In this document: piece by piece, positions 1 to 11,043 of the stretch
How the letters are laid out: each line of letters begins with the position of its first letter
How positions within the stretch are numbered: the stretch's first letter is position 1
Source: Candidatus Poribacteria bacterium
GTDB lineage: Bacteria; Poribacteria; WGA-4E; PCPOR2b
Direction: 5' to 3'
Assembly: GCA_965218095.1 (NCBI GenBank)
Contig: OZ244587.1
Coordinates: forward strand, 5,120,001-5,184,000
DNA length: 64,000 nucleotides
The notes under the pieces: model-generated
The model's database searches: none
The model's input: only the letters and a program-made list of their open reading frames with translations
What the model was told of the DNA's origin: nothing
Position numbers and translations under genes: made by a program

Positions 1-336
1 GAGCCAACCGATCAATCACGTCTGGGTCGTTGTAGATTTTTGCCAGCACCAGGTCAAGCGTAAAAAATCGACGAATTGAAGGCAGAAGGGCGGCCGTTTT
101 CGAAGTTATTGCAGCAAATCGCTTCCATCTACAATCAATCGCTGACCGCGTATCATCCGCCAATCGACGATAGACCAGTTTTTCTGTCGAATGGCGTTTT
201 TTCACCCTCCGAAACAACGCCATCAAGTTCAAATTTTCCACCGGAAGAGTTGAAAATACATGGCCTATCTGGTCCCCACGCCTAATCTTTATGCCATCAA
301 TCTTGTGCGTATGACCCCAACTTTGAGTGTTAGCGT

Positions 337-366
337 TTGAAATTTTCTTCGGTTTCCTGTTACAAT
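337..366 (+). promoter_or_regulatory. Putative sigma70 promoter of MFS gene
   Basis: TTGAAA-18 bp-TACAAT upstream of 473. Confidence 0.4.
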
Positions 367-472
367 AATTGGGTTAAAACACAGAAACTTCTCGGCCAGA
401 TGATTCAGAGGATACCGATTAAAGAGCCCGCCTATCTTCAAGCGGATCACTCCCACCAAACCGGTATAAAAT

Positions 473-1690
473 ATGAAAAGGACTCACCCATCCGAATTAG
501 TTCATAAGACACAGGCGCCTCCATATCAACCCGAGCGGCTTACGATTTGGTCGTTCTACGGCGGCACATTCTTCTATTGGGGGGCGCTATATGTCTACTC
601 GCCGATTCTATCCGTATATGCGCAGTCGCTGGGCGCCTCGTTCACGACGGTCGGCATGGTTGTGGGCGCGTACGGCTTTGTGCAAATGTTTCTCCGAATT
701 CCGTTAGGGATTTGGTCGGACCGGTTGGGACGCCGCCTGCCCTTTCTTTATGCTGGTCACTTCTTCAACCTCGTCGGGTGTTTGGGGCTGGCGATGGCGC
801 CAACGCCGATGTATCTAGTGGTGTTCCGTGGCGTCCTCGGTATTAGCGCCGCCACATGGGTCGCGTTCACTGTCCTTTTCGCTAGCTACTTTCCGCCCGA
901 TCAAAGCCCCAGGGCAATGGGCGTGGTCACGGCCATCAATGGCATATCGCTCATTGTCGTCAATGGGCTGGGCGGTCAGATGGCTCAGATGTGGGGAATG
1001 ACCGCCACGTTCTACGCCGGCGCCGGTCTGGCGGCTACCGGCCTCGCAGCGACGGTGCCTATCAAGGAACATCGGGTGGATCGGAAGGCGCCCACGCTTC
1101 GACAGATACGGCGGATCATAACGCACCCAGCGCTGATGATTGTCGCATCCATCACAGCCCTCAACAACTATGCATTCTGGTCAACCACATTTAGCTTTAT
1201 TCCGCTCTACGCGGCGAATCTGGGGGCAAGCAAATTGGTGCTTGGCGTCATTGGCGTGATTGCTCTAGCGCCCTACACCTTAACCGCTTTGGTGAACCAT
1301 CGCTTTGCCAATCGCCTGGGCGAAAATCGTGCGGTCTTTATGGGGATGCTTGTGATGGCGGCGATGATGTTTGTTGTCCCCCTAATCAACAATATACCGC
1401 TCTTGGCGATTTCCCAGGGTTTTAGCGGATTTGGGCGAGGGATGGTATATCCCCTGCTCATGGGACTGAGTATCCGGGAGATATCTGGTGAAGACCGAGC
1501 GACAGCGATGGGTGTATATCAGGCGATCTATGCAATAGGCATGTTCTTGGGGCCGACAACTGCGGGCGCTGTTGCCGATGCCGTGGGACTTGCTGGGTTC
1601 TTCATCATCGCAGGCACGGTCTCAGTTATCGCCGCAGTGTCCGCTTTGATCCTGCTTGAACGGTGTGGCCGTCAATCGATCCAGTCCTGA
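473..1690 (+). CDS. MFS transporter
   Basis: About 12 hydrophobic helices; MFS motif A GIWSDRLGRR. Confidence 0.9.
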   Translation: MKRTHPSELVHKTQAPPYQPERLTIWSFYGGTFFYWGALYVYSPILSVYAQSLGASFTTVGMVVGAYGFVQMFLRIPLGIWSDRLGRRLPFLYAGHFFNLVGCLGLAMAPTPMYLVVFRGVLGISAATWVAFTVLFASYFPPDQSPRAMGVVTAINGISLIVVNGLGGQMAQMWGMTATFYAGAGLAATGLAATVPIKEHRVDRKAPTLRQIRRIITHPALMIVASITALNNYAFWSTTFSFIPLYAANLGASKLVLGVIGVIALAPYTLTALVNHRFANRLGENRAVFMGMLVMAAMMFVVPLINNIPLLAISQGFSGFGRGMVYPLLMGLSIREISGEDRATAMGVYQAIYAIGMFLGPTTAGAVADAVGLAGFFIIAGTVSVIAAVSALILLERCGRQSIQS

Positions 1691-2041
1691 GCGAGATCTG
1701 TCGAGAAGAAGAAGCAGCGATGCACAGTGGCAGATGATCTGCAGGGAGTGTATCCCGAGCTTCGATCGGGACGGGTACTGTTAGTTCATTTCAGGGATTC
1801 GTTGTTCGCGACAAGTCTGTAAGTATGTCGTATCCAATTCAACCCATCCTTTAATGGTTTCGGCGAGTTCTTGATTCAAAACCTTCATGACTTACTCCTT
1901 CCATTTTCTCAAATTTAACTTTAACCCATGGCTGAAGTGGTTGCACCCTTGTAAGGGTTGCGCTGCTCATAATTCCCGTTCGGCAAGGTATTTACCTCCT
2001 ATGGCGAAGTCGTATCGCGGATTTCGTATCTACGCATCAAA

Positions 2042-3958
2042 TCATAGCTCCAACTCTTCCAAACTTTCCAGGGAACCAACCACTGTAACCCAATCTCCAA
2101 TCTGTAGCCGGGTGTAGCCATGGGTGATCATCAGGTGCCCGCCGCGGCGAACTGACAGAATCAGTATGTCCGTCGGCAAGCGCAAATTTCGCACCGCCAC
2201 GCCATCCAGATTGGGATTACGGACTTCCAAATCAATAATATCGTGGTTCTCCTCCATTCCCAGTAACAGCGATACCGATGATGGCGCACGCACAAAATGA
2301 TCCAGCAAACTAATAACTGCTGTGGAAGGTCTGACGATAAAGGCATCCAGTTCACGGAAACGATCGTAATTGGCAAGATCATTCAAGCACACAACGAGGT
2401 TTTCCGCTCCAAGATGCTGATATGCTAACTCACAAATCTGGTAATTTTCTTCATCGGAAAGCATAGCGACAATGGCGCCGGCTTCTCCAGCGCCAAACTC
2501 CCGTAATTCGTCCAACGACAAACCGGGCATCGGCTGAATATCAACATACGGATTGGCCACATTTTTCATATCTCTCGTTTGTCTATATGCCACCTTTACC
2601 TCCCAGTCATGTGAGTGCAACTGCCGAGCCAACGCCAGTGATTGGTTGTCTGAACCAAAAATAACGGCGCTGTGTATCCGGTCAGGCTCCGATTTCTTCG
2701 CGCGAGGGCGCGCCTCCTTTACCAGAAAAATTGCCCACTTAAAAAAGGCAGGACCGACAATCTGATTCAGCACGATGACTGAAATCATCATGGTGGCAAA
2801 AGCTAAGCCCCACACCGGAAACTCTACAGCGACTTGCTTTGCCAGTCCTAATCCAACGCCAGCCTGCGTGATATAAGCCATCCAACTGACTCTGTTGTGC
2901 GCCATCGTATCTCCAGCTAGGACACCACCCGCAAAAGAGCCGATGAATATTCCTCCCAAACGAACCGCAAACAGTGCGAGGGTAATTGGCCAAATATCCG
3001 CCAAGATATCCAAAGTGAGAGAAGCACCGGTCAGTGTGAAAAAGGCAATATAAACCAGCGGTCCAACGTCGTGTAGAATCTTCAAAAACTCATCGCGAGA
3101 GTTAGTGGAGTTAATCAACCAAAAACTCCCAATCATACAAACGAGCAAGGGTTCTAACAGCACTTCAAAGGGCAATTTGTCATGGGTTAAATGACGAATC
3201 CATGCAGATAAGGCAAAAACAGCATAGCCTGTCAGTAAAATCCCCCCGGTCTTTACGACGCTATTTATGCGGCTTGACAGGATCAGTTGTAGGATTTTTC
3301 CAACGACATATCCTATTGCCAATGACACCACCAACTCGACGAATAGCAAGATGATAAAAGTTAGATTAAAGCGAAGGCCCGTTAAAAGGGCATCCGCGAC
3401 AAAAGAGTTCATGGAAAACAGGATGATGACCACAACATCCATAACCACAGTAACGCCCATTGCTGTTTGTGTAAATGGACCTTTTGCACGGAGTTCCTTT
3501 ATAACGGCTACGGCCGAGGACGGAGAACGCGCTACCAGAATCGCACCCGCAAGAATAGAAATGGCAATTCGACTTGCAACAGGCAGTCCCTGCATAAAAG
3601 GAATAAACTCCGCCAACATAAAAACGGTCAAGCTGCCCCAGGTAAAGGTGCTTGCGACAAGTCCAATCGTTACAAATTTAATACTTCTCAATCGACTTCT
3701 TAGCTCCTTCAAGTACAGCTCACTTCCAGCGGCGAAAGCAATAAATGCCAGCGATAGTTCATCCACAAAACGTAGGCTTGCCGTGGCCTCGACTGAAATC
3801 ATGTCGAATATAAAGGGTCCCGTTACGATTCCAGTAAAAAGGAAGCCGCTAATCAAGGGTAGTTTGAATTTGGCGAAGAATTGTCCAATCTGTTTTGAGG
3901 CAAGCGCGATGACCGCAAAACTGACAACAAAAATGAATATGTTTTGATAGTTTGTCAT
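2042..3958 (-). CDS. Cation:proton antiporter with C-terminal TrkA-N/TrkA-C (RCK) domains
   Basis: N-terminal multi-TM CPA-like domain; C-terminal RCK_C pattern LRLPTDILILSVRRGG..GDWVTVVG. Confidence 0.85.
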   Translation of the reverse strand: MTNYQNIFIFVVSFAVIALASKQIGQFFAKFKLPLISGFLFTGIVTGPFIFDMISVEATASLRFVDELSLAFIAFAAGSELYLKELRSRLRSIKFVTIGLVASTFTWGSLTVFMLAEFIPFMQGLPVASRIAISILAGAILVARSPSSAVAVIKELRAKGPFTQTAMGVTVVMDVVVIILFSMNSFVADALLTGLRFNLTFIILLFVELVVSLAIGYVVGKILQLILSSRINSVVKTGGILLTGYAVFALSAWIRHLTHDKLPFEVLLEPLLVCMIGSFWLINSTNSRDEFLKILHDVGPLVYIAFFTLTGASLTLDILADIWPITLALFAVRLGGIFIGSFAGGVLAGDTMAHNRVSWMAYITQAGVGLGLAKQVAVEFPVWGLAFATMMISVIVLNQIVGPAFFKWAIFLVKEARPRAKKSEPDRIHSAVIFGSDNQSLALARQLHSHDWEVKVAYRQTRDMKNVANPYVDIQPMPGLSLDELREFGAGEAGAIVAMLSDEENYQICELAYQHLGAENLVVCLNDLANYDRFRELDAFIVRPSTAVISLLDHFVRAPSSVSLLLGMEENHDIIDLEVRNPNLDGVAVRNLRLPTDILILSVRRGGHLMITHGYTRLQIGDWVTVVGSLESLEELEL

Positions 3959-3992
3959 AGTAATCTCAGCCTTAATAGTAATCTCAGCCTTA
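3957..3992. repeat. 18-bp tandem duplication over antiporter RBS
   Basis: ATAGTAATCTCAGCCTTA twice, exact. Confidence 0.9.
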
Positions 3993-4035
3993 CCTGAATG
4001 GGATTAAATTACAGGGTACTTACCTATATCTCGCT

Positions 4036-4878
4036 TCACGGGGGAAGGAGTTTGACCGGTTTAATCTTCAGCTCTTCCGTCAGGTAACCGGCTTTGACAT
4101 CCGGCGAATGCTCGAAAATGAGCAACCAGTTTTCCTCTCGCGCCTGTTTCAGCACCTGTTCCTTGTTTTCCATCGTGGTCAAAGGATACAGATCATATCC
4201 CATAACGTAGTGTGTTTTCAGGTGCGAAGGCGTCGGTACGAGGTCTGCCAGAAAACACGCGGTCAGGCCACCCGAACGCACCATGACAACCTGATGGTTT
4301 GCCGTGTGTCCTGACGCGAGCATCACCGCGATGCCGGGTGCAATTTCCTCATCATCATCAGTGAGGACGACCTGCCCTCGCTTTTCGAGCGGGTCCCAGG
4401 TGTGCGGTAGATAACTGGGCTTACTACGGGGATCTGGTCGCTTGGCATACATTAGTTCGTCTTGATTGATGTAATAAAGTGCATTCGGAAATGTGGGCTT
4501 TAGTTCTCCGTTACTACCTTGTAAACAGTTCCCACCGCAATGGTCGAAATGCAGGTGCGTTAGAATGACTTTGGTGATATCCGCCACCCGCACATCCACA
4601 GCCGCGAGGCTTCTCAGAAGGTCGGTCTCAGACTTGTCTACATCAGACAGGAACGCGAATTTTTCATCGTAAACAGTCCCAATGCCGGTGTCTACCAGGA
4701 TGGCTTCTCCAGGCGTCCGGATTAGCAGACAGTTCAGCCCCAGCAGGATGCGGTTGCGATCATCGGCGGGATTCGTCCGCTCCCACAGCACCTTCGGTAT
4801 TGTGCCGAACATCGCCCCGCCGTCCAGACGGAACGTGCCGTCACTTACTACAAAAAGTTCAAATTCACCAAATTGCAT
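4036..4878 (-). CDS. MBL-fold metallo-hydrolase
   Basis: THLHFDH, GHT and LDGGAMFG motifs; likely start MQFGEF at 4878. Confidence 0.9.
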   Translation of the reverse strand: MQFGEFELFVVSDGTFRLDGGAMFGTIPKVLWERTNPADDRNRILLGLNCLLIRTPGEAILVDTGIGTVYDEKFAFLSDVDKSETDLLRSLAAVDVRVADITKVILTHLHFDHCGGNCLQGSNGELKPTFPNALYYINQDELMYAKRPDPRSKPSYLPHTWDPLEKRGQVVLTDDDEEIAPGIAVMLASGHTANHQVVMVRSGGLTACFLADLVPTPSHLKTHYVMGYDLYPLTTMENKEQVLKQAREENWLLIFEHSPDVKAGYLTEELKIKPVKLLPP

Positions 4879-5214
4879 ATAACATCTTTCGATAAATTTG
4901 CAAACCGGGGTGTTCTGTCTCTTGTATCTTGAATCCGGTATTTTGTTTACAAAATGCAGGATTATTTGCGTATTTTTATTGGTCAGGAAGATGGTAGACA
5001 CTGAACTGCTCCCGATGGATTGGCAAATCCATCGGTTATGAGCCGATTACAGGCGTATATCATCCTGATTGACCATTACAATTATTTGCATATTTGCACA
5101 TTTTATACCATTTGGACCTCCAGATGCAACGATTTTGTGGTAACATAAAGGTGGTATTTCGCCGAAATCTCTAAATTCCCACTCTCGAATAGCTTCTTTT
5201 TAATTTCTAAAACC

Positions 5215-6172
5215 ATGTGGCCAAACGCTCCATTATTTCCTCAACAGGCATCGACAATCGCAGGGAGTGTCGATGCGATATACTTCTTTTTAATCGCGAT
5301 CGCTATCTTTTTCACTGTGATCATTTTTTTATTGGTGTTTATCTTTGCAATCAAGTACCGCCGAAAATCTGAATCAGAGATGCCACAGCAAATTGAAGGC
5401 TCAACCCACCCTCGAAGTTCTCTGGACTGTGATTCCGCTCGGCATCGGATTGACATCGTTTGCCTGGGGAGCAAGTCTATATTTCAAGACATATCGTCCG
5501 CTGACGGATGCGTTGGAAATCGCCGTAATCGGCAAGCAGTGGATGTGGAAACTACAACATCCAACCGGGCGGCGAGAAATCAACGAATTACATATCCCTG
5601 TGGGCCAACCGATCAAACTCAGAATGGCATCAGAAGATGTAATTCACAGTTTCTATGTGCCGGCCTTTCGGGTGAAGCGGGATGTGTTACCGGGACGTTA
5701 TAGCACCACATGGTTCGAGGCGACCCGGATCGGTGAATATCATTTATTCTGCGCGGAATATTGCGGCACCGAACATTCCCTCATGATTGGTCGGGTAATC
5801 ATCATGGAGCGAGCCGATTACCAGAAATGGTTAAGTGGTGAGGGAGGGAATGTGGGCGTGTCGGTCGTTGCAGCGGGTGAGAGCCGTTTTCAGCAACTCG
5901 GGTGCAATACCTGTCACAAAGCCGAATCGGGAGCGCGTGGTCCCGCACTTGCTGGACTTGTCGGAAAATCGGTGCAATTGCAGAACAGTGAAACGGTCAT
6001 TGCTGACGAGGCTTACATCCGCGAATCAATTCTCAAGCCAAATGCGAAGCTGGTGTCTGGATACAAGCCGATTATGCCGACCTATCAAGGACAGATCAGC
6101 GAAGAAGGGGTGTTACAAATCATTACTTACATGAAGTCCCTTGTCACAGACGGGAGCGGGAGGCCAAACTGA
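5215..6172 (+). pseudogene. coxB: Cytochrome c oxidase subunit II with fused cytochrome c, frameshifted
   Basis: ORF 5215 gives N-terminal TM part; frame of ORF 5345 gives LEVLWT, DVIHSF, Cu[13 protein letters not shown] and CNTCH; one extra C near 5405. Confidence 0.85.
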
Positions 6173-6309
6173 TGTGTACAGAAACTGTTGACACTCACGG
6201 AAATCAGAATACGACTGATGAGAAGCGGGAACATTATTTGAACACAAGCTATACAGTAAAATCATGGTTTCTGACCATCAATCACAAACGTATCGCGATC
6301 TTGTATCTA
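6172..6309 (+). pseudogene. coxA: Cytochrome c oxidase subunit I, 5' fragment truncated by IS
   Basis: Translates MCTETVD..SWFLTINHKRIAILYL (subunit I T-x-HKxI motif); no continuation after the IS. Confidence 0.8.
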
Positions 6310-7129
6310 GGTTCTGTTGACATTTGAGTATAAGGTTGTGGCATAATAGAAGAATGATGCCAATAACCTTACCCGATGACCAATGGAAAAAGATATACTC
6401 GTTTCTTCTAACTTGTCCCAACATCTATGTTGGCAACGAAGCGACAACACGCCGCTTTATCGAAGCTGTTCTCTGGGCGACCCGTAGCGGTGCTCAATGG
6501 CGGATTCTGCCAGACACCTATGGTAAATCGAACACCCTCTATAAGCGTTTTGCTCGGTGGTGCGACAAAGGTATCTTCACACAGATGCACCCCCACTTCG
6601 CCTCTGACCCCGATATCGAGTCGCTTATTGTGGACAGTACAATCATTCGAGCGCACCCGTCTGCGGCGGGTGCCGAAAAAAAAAGGGTGGCACTGAAAAC
6701 CAAGCGTTAGGCTGCTCTCGCGGGGGATTCAGTACAAAAATTCACATCACCGTTGACGGCCTGGGTAATCCCCTAAGAATACATCTGACACCCGGTCAAA
6801 GAAACGACATAGCGGAAGCAGAAGCGTTGATACTTGGATATAAAAGCGAGTATGTGATTGGAGACAAGGGATATGACTCCGACAATTTTATCGCGGTTAT
6901 TGAGGCGAATGGAGCGATTGCGGTGATACCGCCCAAAAGTCATCGTGTGGATCAAAGAGATTACGACAAACATCTGTACAAAGAGAGACATCGGGTTGAA
7001 TGTTTCATTAACAAGATAAAATGGTATCGCCGCATCTTCTCTCGGTTCGAGAAGTTATCTATCCGTTATTTTGGATTTCTTAGCTTTGTCGCCACTCTTA
7101 TATGGCTCCCTTGAAATGTCAACAGAACC
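6310..7129 (+). mobile_element. IS5-family insertion sequence, about 820 bp
   Basis: Terminal IRs GGTTCTGTTGACATTT / AAATGTCAACAGAACC in CTAG context (TA duplication); two transposase ORFs. Confidence 0.9.
6354..7114 (+). CDS. IS5 transposase, two ORFs probably joined by -1 frameshift
   Basis: GAQWRILP, VDSTIIRAH, GDKGYDS, ERHRVECFINKIK; A9-G tract at 6676-6685. Confidence 0.85.
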
Positions 7130-7320
7130 TAGTCTAATGTCTCACTATCATAAATTCGCCACACCCCATCCACTTTTCGCATCCTAACCAGTTCGTCGTG
7201 TGCCCGAACATCCCTAATCTCCATCCCCGGTATCTCCGGCATCTCCGGCGATAGCCCTTTCAATTCAAAGTGGAATTCATCACCAACATATTCGCTGTTC
7301 AAAGGGAATCTTTCTATTGC

Positions 7321-10300
7321 TCATGCCCAATCCTCACACAACACCTCGGCTTGTTCTAAGACAGTTTCGGTGGCTTTGGCTTGTTTGTCGGGTGGGTAGC
7401 CGTATTTGCGAAGAATGCGCTTCACCATCACCCGTAGCTTAGCACGGACGCTCTCCCTTAGTGTCCAGTCGATGGTCACATTCCGCCGAACAGTTTCGAC
7501 GAGTTCAACCGCGATGGTTCGCAGTGTTTCACTACCCAACACCTCGACCGCGCTATCGTTGACCTCAAGGGCGTCGTAGAATGCCAACTCATCGTCTGAA
7601 AGCCCTAGTTCCTCGCCACGTTCTTGCGCCTGACGCATCTCTTTTGCGATTTCGATCAGTACCTCGATTACCTGTGATGCTTCAACCGTACGGTTCTGAT
7701 AAGCGCGGATCGAGCGTTCTAGCATTTCTGCAAACGAACGCCCCTGCACGACATTCTTCCGTGAGTGGGTTCTGATCTCATCGTTGAGGAGTTTTTCCAA
7801 AAGTTCAACCGCCACGTTTTTATGCGGCAAGTCACGCACTTCGACGAGAAATTCGTCGGAGAGAATCGAGACATCGGGCTTTTCCAGCCCCGCAGCGGCG
7901 AAAATGTCAACCACGCCTTCAGAAACCACCGCTCTGGATATCAACTGCTTTATTGCCTGCTCTGTCGCTTCAGACTGGGCTTCTTCCGTAGCAGTCGGTT
8001 TTGCCAAAACACTTCTCACCGCTTGAAAAAAGGCGACATCGTCACGAATTTCAATCGTTTTCTCGTGCGGCACTGCCAGCGCAAACGCTTTGGAGAGCGC
8101 GGTAACCGTTTCCAGTAGACGGACTTTGCCATCCTTCTGTTTCAAGATGTGCTCTTGAGCTGGTGGTAGCAGTTTGAGGCGATCTGTGGCGTTGCCAGCG
8201 ATCCACGACGACCAATCGAAACTGTAAAACAGTCCACAGCAGATTTCGTGCTTTTCTTGCATTACCGCAACAGCTTCTGCTTTGTTAATGGCGGTACTCC
8301 CTTTTCCACCGTTTTCGGTGTAGTTTGCCAGTGCCCGTTTCAGGTGGTAAGCGAGCCCGATGTAGTCCACAATCAAACCGCCCGGCTTGTCGGCGAACAC
8401 CCGATTGACGCGGGCAATGGCTTGCATCAGTCCATGTCCACGCATCGGCTTGTCCACATACATGGTGTGAAGGCTTGGCGCGTCAAACCCTGTTAGCCAC
8501 ATATCACGGACAATTACCACTTTCAACGGGTCTTTGGGGTTTTTGAATCGTACCGCCATCTCTTCTCGCCGAGCCTTGTTGCGGATATGCGGTTGCCACG
8601 ACGCATCATCATCAGACGAGCCTGTCATCACAACTTTGATCGCCCCCTGCTTGTCATCATCATTGTGCCACTCTGGACGACGTTTGACAAGCGCGTTGTA
8701 AAGGTCAACGCAGATACGGCGGCTCATGCAGACGCTCATCGCCTTACCCTCCATTGCTTCCAGCCGTTCTTCAAAGTGTGTGACAATATCATCGGCGATG
8801 AGCCCTAACCGCTTTTCCGTTCCCACCAACGCCTCAAGTTGAGCCCATTTGGTCTTGAGTTTCTCTTTGCGTGCGACCTCCTCCCCTTCGGTCGCTTCCT
8901 CAAATTCCGGGTCAACGAGGGGCTTTTCGTTCTCATCCAATTCAATTCTGGCGAGACGACTTTCGTAGTAAATCGGAACTGTGGCGCCGTCCTCAACCGC
9001 ACGTTGTATATCGTAGACGCTGATGTAATTTCCAAAAACCGCACGGGTGTTGCGGTCGGTCGCCTCAATCGGTGTGCCGGTAAAACCGATAAAAGAGGCG
9101 TTGGGGAGTGCGTCTCGCATGTGACGGGCAAATCCGCTAATAAAGTCGTACTGGCTGCGGTGTGCCTCGTCCGCAATAACCACAATGTTCCGCCGATTGG
9201 ATAGTAGGGGAAAACGGATTTCATCGCCTTCTGGAAAAAACTTCTGGACTGTGGTAAAGACCACCCCGCCCGATGCGACTTTCAGAAGTTCGCGCAGGTG
9301 TCTCCTGTCTCTTGCTTGTACCGGTGTTTGTCGCAAAAGTTGATTACACCGCGCAAATGTGCCGAATAGTTGCTCATCTAGGTCATTTCGATCGGTGATA
9401 ACGACCAGTGTTGGGTTTTCCATCTGTGGATGCTGGGCGATGCTGCCTGTGTAAAAGACCATAGTCAGACTCTTGCCCGAACCTTGTGTATGCCATACGA
9501 CGCCGCATTGTTTGTCCCCTTCAGGGCGCGATGCTTTTACAGTGGTATCGACCGCCGTTTTCACGGCGTGGAATTGGTGATAACCGGCAATCTTTTTAGC
9601 AATCGTCTCGCCTTCAGTTTCTTCAAAGACGATGAAGTGTTTAAGGTAGCTCAAAAAGCGTCCCTGCTCAAAGATACCCTTAATCAACACCTCTAGTTCT
9701 AATTCAGTTGAGGGCGCCTCATCCTCTCCCTTGATTGTCCTCCACGGCATGAACCATTCGTGATCAGCGGTCAGGGAGCCGATGCGCGCCTCTAATCCGT
9801 CAGAAATGACGAGCGTCTCGTTATAGATGAACAGCGAAGGAATTTCCTGCTTGTAGGTACAGATTTGGCGAAATGCGGTTAGGATGGTGGCTTTTTCGTC
9901 GGTCGGGTTTTTGAGTTCAATCACGGCTAAGGGCAGCCCGTTGATAAACAACACGATATCCGGGCGGCGTTCGCTGTTCTCTACCACTGTGAACTGGTTG
10001 ACCGTCAACCAATCATTGCTTTCAGGCGTATCAAAATCAACCAACCGCACGCGCTTACCGCGTATCGTACCGTCCGGCTGTCGAGCCTCAACCTCTATCC
10101 CATCGACCAGCATCAAGTGAAATGCGCGGTTGTTCTGGGTCAATGCAGGAGAATCTGGGTGAAGGACTTTTCGGATCGCTTCCTCTTGTGCTTCGGCGGG
10201 TATGTTTGGATTCAGGCGGGAAACCGCATCCCGAAAACGGCGTTTTAAGATTACCTCACTGTACGTGGAGCGTTCCGCATCGGGAGTCTCCGGGGCGATG

Positions 10301-10392
10301 TCGGGACCATGTAAAACGGTATAACCCAGGCCAGCGAGCCAATCAAGTGCGACTTCTTCGATATCGGATTCGTAAATTGGATTGAGATTCAT
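7321..10392 (-). CDS. hsdR: Type I restriction endonuclease subunit R
   Basis: [18 protein letters not shown] nuclease motif, [24 protein letters not shown]. Confidence 0.97.
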   Translation of the reverse strand: MNLNPIYESDIEEVALDWLAGLGYTVLHGPDIAPETPDAERSTYSEVILKRRFRDAVSRLNPNIPAEAQEEAIRKVLHPDSPALTQNNRAFHLMLVDGIEVEARQPDGTIRGKRVRLVDFDTPESNDWLTVNQFTVVENSERRPDIVLFINGLPLAVIELKNPTDEKATILTAFRQICTYKQEIPSLFIYNETLVISDGLEARIGSLTADHEWFMPWRTIKGEDEAPSTELELEVLIKGIFEQGRFLSYLKHFIVFEETEGETIAKKIAGYHQFHAVKTAVDTTVKASRPEGDKQCGVVWHTQGSGKSLTMVFYTGSIAQHPQMENPTLVVITDRNDLDEQLFGTFARCNQLLRQTPVQARDRRHLRELLKVASGGVVFTTVQKFFPEGDEIRFPLLSNRRNIVVIADEAHRSQYDFISGFARHMRDALPNASFIGFTGTPIEATDRNTRAVFGNYISVYDIQRAVEDGATVPIYYESRLARIELDENEKPLVDPEFEEATEGEEVARKEKLKTKWAQLEALVGTEKRLGLIADDIVTHFEERLEAMEGKAMSVCMSRRICVDLYNALVKRRPEWHNDDDKQGAIKVVMTGSSDDDASWQPHIRNKARREEMAVRFKNPKDPLKVVIVRDMWLTGFDAPSLHTMYVDKPMRGHGLMQAIARVNRVFADKPGGLIVDYIGLAYHLKRALANYTENGGKGSTAINKAEAVAVMQEKHEICCGLFYSFDWSSWIAGNATDRLKLLPPAQEHILKQKDGKVRLLETVTALSKAFALAVPHEKTIEIRDDVAFFQAVRSVLAKPTATEEAQSEATEQAIKQLISRAVVSEGVVDIFAAAGLEKPDVSILSDEFLVEVRDLPHKNVAVELLEKLLNDEIRTHSRKNVVQGRSFAEMLERSIRAYQNRTVEASQVIEVLIEIAKEMRQAQERGEELGLSDDELAFYDALEVNDSAVEVLGSETLRTIAVELVETVRRNVTIDWTLRESVRAKLRVMVKRILRKYGYPPDKQAKATETVLEQAEVLCEDWA

Positions 10393-10428
10393 GTTATCCC
10401 CTCAAGGGGTATCGTATCAATCAGGTTC

Positions 10429-11043
10429 CTATTGACTTCTCAAGCCGCCTTCTCCCACGCACGCTTTGAGTCCCTCGACAAACACCTGAAAACTTTTCGA
10501 TTTGTTCCGGTTCGGTTTCATGTGTTGAGCGATTTTTCGTGCTACCTTAGTTTTGTGTAACCGCTTTGGATAATATCGTCTCAGCGCACGCCATAGTGCT
10601 TCAGATGTACCGTTCTCAATTGCATCAGGATCCTGATATTGGGCGTTTCTTGAAACTCTAGGGTAAGCGTCTCGCAAAGCCTCAATATCTCCAAAGAACC
10701 ACGCCTCTAATTCTTCAATTGCCAATCGATTGACCACTTGAAAATCCCCTTCTTGGGACGCGCTAGATTTCGTCACAAACCCCGCAGCACACGCTATTGC
10801 TTCTAACTGTGCCTTCAGTTGGAAACAATCTTCGCGATCCTCATCAATAAGGACCATAATTCGACGATTATCGGCTATCGGTGGGTTGAATCCTTTCAAG
10901 AGTGTCGGCAAGTTCTTAAGCAAATCGGGTTTGCCTTGAGAGACATGGAAAGTGCAATCCACATCATCAGAAAGAATCTTAGGCAAAATGATTTTTAATA
11001 CCACTTCAGCAGAGCGTTCCTCCAGGAGAAATTCAATCTGCAT
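10429..11043 (-). CDS. DUF4276-family TOPRIM-like protein, partner of ABC ATPase
   Basis: IEFLLEERS, VLIDEDREDC, EELEAWFFGD; start overlaps ATPase 3' end. Confidence 0.8.
   Translation of the reverse strand: MQIEFLLEERSAEVVLKIILPKILSDDVDCTFHVSQGKPDLLKNLPTLLKGFNPPIADNRRIMVLIDEDREDCFQLKAQLEAIACAAGFVTKSSASQEGDFQVVNRLAIEELEAWFFGDIEALRDAYPRVSRNAQYQDPDAIENGTSEALWRALRRYYPKRLHKTKVARKIAQHMKPNRNKSKSFQVFVEGLKACVGEGGLRSQ

Noticed and set aside
2030-2044. TGA readthrough or selenocysteine at antiporter end (L-TGA-FDA-TAG)
   Set aside because: No SECIS-like element seen; an ordinary or slightly early stop is simpler
3267-3947. Long antisense ORFs (also 18086-19036, 50425-51093, 58879-59613)
   Set aside because: Shadow frames of well-supported genes on the opposite strand; no motifs
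5400-5412. Programmed frameshift in coxB
   Set aside because: No slippery motif and downstream coxA is destroyed; decay or sequencing error more likely
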